Part shown: positions 33,512 through 39,624 of the stretch, piece by piece
Layout of the letters: each line of letters opens with the position of its first letter
How positions within the stretch are numbered: the first letter of the stretch is position 1
Source of the DNA: an uncultured bacterium
GTDB lineage: Bacteria > Muiribacteriota > UBA6191
Length of the DNA: 42,310 nucleotides
Assembly: GCA_964600955.1 (NCBI GenBank)
Contig: CAZRLV010000001.1
Span: forward strand, 2,277-44,586
Direction of reading: 5' to 3'
Made by a program: the position numbers and the translations under genes
Notes under the pieces: model-generated
What the model was told of the DNA's origin: nothing
Database searches by the model: none
What the model saw: the letters and a program-made list of their open reading frames with translations, nothing else

Positions 33512-34699
33512 TCAGAATCTTGCGGACTTCTGATTTTTTTTCTGGGCTGGTGGGTTTTTGGCGCATTCAAGTAATTTTTGAGGGTTTCCAAGCACACCAT
33601 AAATCTTTAGGCATTGATGGAAGACAAAGGGATCAGGGCCAAAGACGGATTCGAATTCCTGATAGCACGCTAAGGCTTCTTCAAACCGTTGCTTACATGA
33701 ATAGAGAAAACCCAGGTTATAAAGAATTTCCGCACGAAAAAACTGAATTTCAGAAACCTTATTCAGGACCTTATGAATTTTCTCATACCAGAGAAGAGCT
33801 TCGGATTCATCCTTGCCTACGAAGGCAGCACGTGCTTTACGCAGCCAGAGCATGGGCGAATCAGGATTTAGTGTAGAGACAATTTTTTCCCAGACTTCTA
33901 CATCATCTTCTGGTTTTCTCGGGACCTTGAGAGGAAATTCCATCAACCACCCATAAACGGATTCTGCAAGAAACACTCGCAAATTTCCACTTGAGCTATT
34001 GAAGGCTTCTACCAGGAGATCTAGGATCTTGATCTCACCATTCCAGTGGCTCTGGGCATAGTAATAGACGAAGGATGGTTCCCTTCCCATCTGCTCAAAA
34101 TGCTTATCTAGCAGTCCCTTGTTTCTCTCAATTTTTTCCTCGTAGCGTGACCCTGCATAACCCAGATGATAGACCTTAGTATCGATCTGGGTGAATCCAA
34201 AGTTTTTTGCCTCCAAAGAAGGGACTACAGTTTCATGAATGGGGTTTTGAAACTGGATTCCAAGCCCGTTTCTAAAAAGGCGTACAAAAGTATTGCTGTC
34301 ATTAATGCTATGGATTTGAAGATCATGGCTAGTCCAATTCATAGTTTTCAAGCTGACACAGGACAATGAATAGGCACTTGCGTCTGACTTTGATATAAGG
34401 GCACGCAGTTGAAGTAAATCTTCGCCCCGCAGTCTTTCGTCAATATCCAAACTTAGAATCCATTCACCCCTGGCCTGCGATAGGGCAAAATTACGGGCAG
34501 CTGAAAAATCATCTATCCAGGTAAAGTCAAAATAAGGTAGGGAACGTTGCCTGAGAATATCAAGACTGGTGTCCGTAGATCCTGTATCCACCAGAACCAA
34601 TTCATCACAATAGGGGAGAATCATATCCAAAAACTCAGGAAGAAAGAGTTCTTCGTCGCAAAAAATAGCGCAGACGCTTAGTAATTTCTGGGTATCCAT
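33512..34699 (-). CDS. GT2-family glycosyltransferase fused to a C-terminal TPR-like domain (paralog 1)
   Basis: N-terminal GT-A motifs SVCAIFCDEE, LVLVDTGSTDTS, FSAARNF and the DxD motif LSLDIDERL. The helical C-terminal half has TPR-like units (FFRAEILYNLGFLYSCKQRFEEALACYQEF). It aligns along its whole length with 38241..39536. Confidence 0.75.
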   Translation of the reverse strand: MDTQKLLSVCAIFCDEELFLPEFLDMILPYCDELVLVDTGSTDTSLDILRQRSLPYFDFTWIDDFSAARNFALSQARGEWILSLDIDERLRGEDLLQLRALISKSDASAYSLSCVSLKTMNWTSHDLQIHSINDSNTFVRLFRNGLGIQFQNPIHETVVPSLEAKNFGFTQIDTKVYHLGYAGSRYEEKIERNKGLLDKHFEQMGREPSFVYYYAQSHWNGEIKILDLLVEAFNSSSGNLRVFLAESVYGWLMEFPLKVPRKPEDDVEVWEKIVSTLNPDSPMLWLRKARAAFVGKDESEALLWYEKIHKVLNKVSEIQFFRAEILYNLGFLYSCKQRFEEALACYQEFESVFGPDPFVFHQCLKIYGVLGNPQKLLECAKNPPAQKKNQKSARF

Positions 34700-34748
34700 G
34701 ATCTTGCAAAGTGAATATACTACAGGATTGTAAAGATTGGAGGATGTG

Positions 34749-35126
34749 ATGCAAGAACTTAAATCAAAAAATGCGCCAGCAGCTATTGGGCCTTATTCTC
34801 AGGGAGTCGAATCTGGGGGGATTTGCTATTTTTCAGGTCAAATCGGGCTCAGCCCTGAATCAGGTAAAATGGTTGAAGGTGACTTCGGGGTTGAGGCCAG
34901 GCAGGTTATGGAAAATATCGGAGCCATGCTAGAGTCGAGCGGACTTGGATTTAATCAAATTCTCAAAGTGAATATTTCCCTGACCGATATGGGGGAGTTT
35001 CCAGTTTTTAATGAGATCTACGCCTCCTATTTCCACGAGCCCTACCCGGCTCGCGCCTGCGTAGCCGTAGCCGCTCTGCCCAAAGGGGCCAGAGTCGAAG
35101 TGGAAGTTATTGCCACAAGGCGATAA
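34749..35126 (+). CDS. ridA: RidA/YjgF/UK114-family reactive-intermediate deaminase
   Basis: APAAIGPYSQGV...ISGQIGL...ARACVAVAALPKGARVEVEVIA. ATG at 34749, 4 nt after GGAGGA (the track ORF starts at TTG 34737). Confidence 0.85.
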   Translation: MQELKSKNAPAAIGPYSQGVESGGICYFSGQIGLSPESGKMVEGDFGVEARQVMENIGAMLESSGLGFNQILKVNISLTDMGEFPVFNEIYASYFHEPYPARACVAVAALPKGARVEVEVIATRR

Positions 35127-35130
35127 AAAC

Positions 35131-37770
35131 TTAAAATAACAATGTCAGGGCGGTTTGACCCAAGGCGTTGGCTTGAATCAACTGTGCGGTTCCAGCTTGA
35201 ACCAGGATCTGAGAGCGTGTGAAATCCACGGTTTCTTTGGCGATATCCACATCTCGAATCTGGGATTCGGCGGCGGCCAGATTTGTGGTTGTACTGGTTA
35301 AATTATCCACGGTTGTATTGAGGCGATTTTGAAATGAACCTAGTTTTGATTGTTCAGTGGTGATTTGTCCCACGGCAGAATCAATGGAGGCCAAAGCCCG
35401 CGTAGCTGCTTTGATATTGGTTACATCCAGAGCTTCAACCCCCAGAGATTCCGCGCTGGTATTGGCCAAAGGAAAGCGGAGATGCTGTCCCTGATTTGCA
35501 CCGACTTGAAAGCGCATACTGCGATCCGAAACATGGAGATTGAATTCTTCTCGTCCACTGCCCTGGGCCTGACTATTGAAATTGATTCCAAAGGCGTTCA
35601 GTCCCGTGTTTTGGGACGCTAGATTGGAAAACAGGGTAATTCTGGAGTTTGTACCCGGTGAGCGTGAGAAAAAGTCCAGACGATTTCCTCCATCAAACCC
35701 AAAGTCCACATCCGTGGAACCAATAGAGCTAGAGTTGAGAATCGAGGAAACCTGAGTGGAGCCAATGGCAAAGGACTCTCCCGTAGAGCTGACATTGGAG
35801 GTTCCAAAAGTAATGGTTCCGGTCTGCACCCCTGTTTCATCTGAGGCCCTAAAGCTCATGAAGCTATTGAGTACAAAGGTGGATTCTACCTCAAAACTGG
35901 AGTTAGTATTGCCTGAGAAACTGGCAACACTTCCCCCGGTCCCTGTGTCCGTTTGTCCATCTACCAGACCCAATTCCGCCAGGGAGCCCCCACCAAAGGA
36001 TGTGATCGAAAGCCTTGAGTCATCCCCCGTTTCGGTGGAAATGATTTCGAGAAACCCTGCCGCGGTGACCGAAGCGCTGGCTTTAATATTATTGGCTGTA
36101 AAATAATTATTAAACTCAGAGGTTATGGATGCAGAAGAGATCAGGGTTGCCCGGTTGAAAGTAATATCATTTACGGTGGAAGACGGGCCCCCAGTATTGA
36201 AGTCACCATCACCCAGCTGAATTCTTAATACTCCTGTACCCGCAATGCTGACTCCAGCTGATACATCGGCAGTTCCTGTAAAAAGAGCTGAACTTCCCCC
36301 ACTACCCGTAACTTTTCCAGGGGTTAGGCCCAGAGTGGTTTGCGCGGCCCCATTTGCGGTCAGGGAGATTTCTCCAGATGTACCCGTCTTATTTGAGCTT
36401 AGGACTAGATTGAATCCGTTGAAACTGGCTGTAACCCCAGGAGTTTGATAACTACTTGAAGTGGTGGGTGCGGTCAGAGGATCTGTGGGATCATTGGCGG
36501 CTGAAATCGAATTATTGATCATCGACTCTATCGAAGTCAGGGTGTAGGTCCTTGAGGCTGTGAGGGTGACCGTGACACCGGCCGTGATACTGCCCAGGGT
36601 TTGTCCATTGTCCTGAGCATTGGTATCGTGAAAGGTAAAGACGGCGTCGCTGTTTCCAATTTTCAGTCCCTGCACTCCGGCAACCGTTCCATCGAGTCGT
36701 GCCTCCTTGGCTAAGTCAAATCCGATGACCAGCCCGTCCAAAACCCCCGAAGCTCTCTGAGAAGTGGTGTTGGCACTAAAGGTTTCAGGGCTGCTGACTC
36801 CGGTTTCAGTGGCTGAGACCCGAAATCCGGGGTCCCTGGATTCGACCGTGGTTTGCATGGCCAGCGCATTGATAAAATCCTCTTCAGCTGCAAGGCTGAG
36901 CTCTCCGCTGCGGCCGTCTTTTCCTCCTTGGAAGATGAACTGTCCCGTAGAGGAGTTATAGGCAAAGGTAGCCCCGGACATATTCAGTCCGCCTTGACTA
37001 TCATCCGCCTGTAGAGCCGCCTCAATACTGCGGGAAAAATCTTCCAGCGTGGTATCCCCCGATATGGTGAGATCGCTTCGGCGTCGATTACCACGTAGGG
37101 TCAACGTGATGGGATCCTCCAAAATAGAGTTACTTTCAGCATCAAACATGCTGTCAAGATCTCTCAACTCAGTGGTTAAACTGGCGATTTGCCCTGTAGT
37201 TTGGTCCGTTTGAATGCCAGATTTCTGTTCCTGTTTTTCGCCAAAACTATTGCGTTGCACCGAAATTCTATATTCTCCTGGACGGATGGTTCCGCCAGTT
37301 TGAAAGGCTCGCCCATCCTCTCCATCTGTGGAAACGAGAGCCGATGCGCTTCCATCGAGAAGACTGCGGGTATTAAATTCAGTGGATGCGGAGAGTTGAT
37401 CAATCTCAGAAATGGCAAGATCCACCTCTTTTTGGATTTCGATACGATCATCGACAGTAAGTGCATCTGACTGCGCCTGGATCGAAAGGTCTCTAAGCCG
37501 ATTTAGAATTTCTGTATGTTCTCCCAGGGCTCCGTCAGCCGTTTGTATAAGGGAGATCCCGTCCTGAGCATTGGATACAGCACGATTGGTCCCGCGGATT
37601 TGTGAACGGAGTTTTTCCGCCACGGTCAATCCTGACGGATCATCCGCGCCCCGATTAATACGCAAGCCTGAAGAAAGACGTTCTATTGAACGTGCTAAGC
37701 CCTGTTGATTCTTAAACAGGTTCACCCGGACCCTCAGGGCCGGAATATTATTATTGACACGAAAACCCAT
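35131..37770 (-). CDS. fliC: Giant flagellin paralog 2 (879 aa), the only intact copy
   Basis: N-terminal D0/D1 (MGFRVNNNIPAL...LSSGLRINRGADDPSGL...ISLIQTADGAL) and C-terminal D1/D0 (KLGSFQNRLNTTV...IRDVDIAKETVDFTRSQILVQAGTAQLIQ) flank a roughly 600-aa S/T/G-rich insert. ATG preceded by GGAGGG. Confidence 0.95.
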   Translation of the reverse strand: MGFRVNNNIPALRVRVNLFKNQQGLARSIERLSSGLRINRGADDPSGLTVAEKLRSQIRGTNRAVSNAQDGISLIQTADGALGEHTEILNRLRDLSIQAQSDALTVDDRIEIQKEVDLAISEIDQLSASTEFNTRSLLDGSASALVSTDGEDGRAFQTGGTIRPGEYRISVQRNSFGEKQEQKSGIQTDQTTGQIASLTTELRDLDSMFDAESNSILEDPITLTLRGNRRRSDLTISGDTTLEDFSRSIEAALQADDSQGGLNMSGATFAYNSSTGQFIFQGGKDGRSGELSLAAEEDFINALAMQTTVESRDPGFRVSATETGVSSPETFSANTTSQRASGVLDGLVIGFDLAKEARLDGTVAGVQGLKIGNSDAVFTFHDTNAQDNGQTLGSITAGVTVTLTASRTYTLTSIESMINNSISAANDPTDPLTAPTTSSSYQTPGVTASFNGFNLVLSSNKTGTSGEISLTANGAAQTTLGLTPGKVTGSGGSSALFTGTADVSAGVSIAGTGVLRIQLGDGDFNTGGPSSTVNDITFNRATLISSASITSEFNNYFTANNIKASASVTAAGFLEIISTETGDDSRLSITSFGGGSLAELGLVDGQTDTGTGGSVASFSGNTNSSFEVESTFVLNSFMSFRASDETGVQTGTITFGTSNVSSTGESFAIGSTQVSSILNSSSIGSTDVDFGFDGGNRLDFFSRSPGTNSRITLFSNLASQNTGLNAFGINFNSQAQGSGREEFNLHVSDRSMRFQVGANQGQHLRFPLANTSAESLGVEALDVTNIKAATRALASIDSAVGQITTEQSKLGSFQNRLNTTVDNLTSTTTNLAAAESQIRDVDIAKETVDFTRSQILVQAGTAQLIQANALGQTALTLLF

Positions 37771-37938
37771 ATTCCCTCCATGGCAAGTATCGGCAGGGAA
37801 GAGAGGGGGGGGTGAGTACGGTGATAACGGGTAGGGTTGAATTAGAGGCCAAAGGCTCTAAAAACCTTCCAATTTCCAAAGAAAATATCTATGGTCCAGT
37901 TTTTTTATAAAAACGGGAGTTTTTTTCCTTCTCTCAAG

Positions 37939-37966
37939 GTATCGGCAAAATTGGGACAAAACTTTA
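37939..37966 (-). promoter_or_regulatory. Sigma-28 (FliA) promoter of flagellin paralog 2
   Basis: The minus strand reads TAAAGTTT (37966..37959), 12 nt, then GCCGATAC (37946..37939). A T8 tract lies just upstream. The leader is about 160 nt. Confidence 0.75.
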
Positions 37967-38054
37967 GAGTGATTTGAAAAAAAACAGAAATTTTTTGCTG
38001 GAGGGTCAAGGAGGGGAGAGTTCCCGAATCCAAGATCCGGGAACTCTCTCTCTA

Positions 38055-38113
38055 TGGAAGATTCTGGTTCTAACTGGCCCACAGTCAAAAATAGGAAACC
38101 TTCAGAAGAATTC
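38055..38113 (-). repeat. 59-bp element (right inverted repeat) containing motif copy 4
   Basis: The reverse complement reads gaattcttctgaaggtttcctatttttgactgtgggccagttagaaccagaatcttcca. It is the inverted partner of 18973..19035. Confidence 0.8.
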
Positions 38114-38240
38114 CACCTGAATATTCGGTAGTCTTGTATGGTCTTTAAACCTCAAGGTAAAGCGTTTATATATAAATAACTCAATATACTATAAAAATAC
38201 TTGCGTTTATGGGCTTTTTTGCCCCACACAAAAAATTCTC

Positions 38241-39536
38241 CTAGAGGGCCGCTTTTTTCATGAACTTTTCTCGAACTTCCTTTTTTCCCCTAAAATCAAG
38301 GGCGTCCAGGAAGCTGAGCAGTTCTTTTCGCTTGGGCTCGTCAAGACTCGATAATTTTCGGGGAAAATTTTTGATCTCCGAGATAAAACCAGGGTAGTCT
38401 TTAGCCGCGAAAAGCAGTTTCAGAATCTGATGATAGCTGCCTTCATTACGGCCTTCGCGTGCCTCAAGAATTCGAACGCATTCCATGGCTTCCTTGAGAC
38501 GACCTTCCATGGCGTAGAGAACTCCAAGGCGATCCAAAACCTCTTTCCAGACCTCGGGGCGTAGAGCCTCGAAACTCAGTCGTTTCTTTACGGTTTCATA
38601 AGCTGAGCGCGCCTCTCCAATCTTTGCATTTGTAAAATGTCTCCTGGCCCGCCGGAGAAAAACGAAGGCGGCTTGAGGATTGATTTTCAAGAGTGCCTTT
38701 TCCCAATCTATTGCGGACCTGTCCGAATCCATAGGGGGGGGCCCAAACTCATCGATCCACGCCAGAGCTCTCTCGGCGATGGCGTAGGCAAGTGCAGTTT
38801 TAGCACGCGTAAATGCTTGACTGAGAAGCATATAGACTTGCGGTTCACTGGACCAGATCAAGGTCGTGTAATTGAAGATAAAATCTGGATTTTGAGGATC
38901 TTTATTAAAATTAACGCGAATAATTTCTTCATTGCGTTGGTCCTTCAAAGGACAGAGTTTGTCTACATAGCCCAGATGGTAAACCGGCAGATCCAGGTTT
39001 TCAATGCACCCTGCTTTTTCCTGGATCACGGAGTCAATGGTTTCGTGAACCGGGTTTTGATAGTGAAATCCAAGGTGGTTGCGAAAAACCATCAATCGGG
39101 CCTGGACATCCTTTACGGGTACATCTGACCTCTGCCAGTCAAAACTATTGACACTGATATACGAGAGATAAAAAGCATCGGCATGGGTCTCTGGCAGAAG
39201 ATCAAGGAGCTTTTTTAGCGTCGCTCTCGGAATGCGATCATCTACGTCCAAAACCAGAATCCAGTCCCCGGTTGCCTTTTGAAGACTGAAGTTTCGCGCG
39301 GCGGAGAAGTCCTGAACCCACTCAAAATACAAGGGTGATAATCCCCGGTTTTCAAGAATCTTCAGACTTCGGTCCGTACTGCCGGTATCCACCAAAATGA
39401 GTTCGAAAGAACCATGGCTTACTTCGTCTAGACAAGACAAACAGTCTAAAAAATCAGGAAGGAAGCCTTCTTCATTTCTGAAAATGGTACAGACTGAGAC
39501 TTTGGGTGTGGTCACGGTGTTGATTATAACACTCAC
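38241..39536 (-). CDS. GT2-family glycosyltransferase fused to a C-terminal TPR-like domain (paralog 2)
   Basis: SVCTIFRNEE, LILVDTGSTDRS, FSAARNF, DxD motif LVLDVDDRI, and TPR-like C-terminus (VLDRLGVLYAMEGRLKEAMECVRILE). GTG start. Contains a C8 run (plus-strand G8, 38734..38741) encoding GPPP. Confidence 0.75.
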   Translation of the reverse strand: MSVIINTVTTPKVSVCTIFRNEEGFLPDFLDCLSCLDEVSHGSFELILVDTGSTDRSLKILENRGLSPLYFEWVQDFSAARNFSLQKATGDWILVLDVDDRIPRATLKKLLDLLPETHADAFYLSYISVNSFDWQRSDVPVKDVQARLMVFRNHLGFHYQNPVHETIDSVIQEKAGCIENLDLPVYHLGYVDKLCPLKDQRNEEIIRVNFNKDPQNPDFIFNYTTLIWSSEPQVYMLLSQAFTRAKTALAYAIAERALAWIDEFGPPPMDSDRSAIDWEKALLKINPQAAFVFLRRARRHFTNAKIGEARSAYETVKKRLSFEALRPEVWKEVLDRLGVLYAMEGRLKEAMECVRILEAREGRNEGSYHQILKLLFAAKDYPGFISEIKNFPRKLSSLDEPKRKELLSFLDALDFRGKKEVREKFMKKAAL

Positions 39537-39544
39537 AGAAAGTG

Positions 39545-39570
39545 AGAGGCTCCCTGTTGGGGGAGCCTCT
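39545..39570 (-). terminator. GC-rich hairpin between flagellin 3 and the GT2-TPR gene (weak terminator/attenuator candidate)
   Basis: On the minus strand: AGAGGCTCCC, loop CCAACA, GGGAGCCTCT (10-bp perfect stem), followed only by CACTTTCTGTG with no clean U tract. Confidence 0.3.
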
Positions 39571-39624
39571 AATGCCTTCCATGGCGGTCAGGGCCTTCCG
39601 TGGCTTTCACGGTTGACAAAGGAT

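Noticed and set aside
35536-37338. Enzymatic (flagellinolysin-type metalloprotease) domain in the giant flagellin insert
   Set aside because: No HExxH or other catalytic signature is seen in any of the three inserts. The insert is explained by four repeated IN-motif-like modules.
37787-37794. Second GCCGATAC 15 nt upstream of the flagellin 2 ATG as an additional sigma-28 promoter
   Set aside because: The position where a -35 TAAA should be is occupied by the C8/CT-rich tract. A start there would also leave no room for a leader containing the SD.
37858-38088. 76-aa minus-strand ORF in the flagellin 2 upstream region
   Set aside because: It spans the sigma-28 promoter, a hairpin and the conserved repeat. 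It has no SD and no family resemblance, so it is most likely a chance ORF in regulatory DNA.
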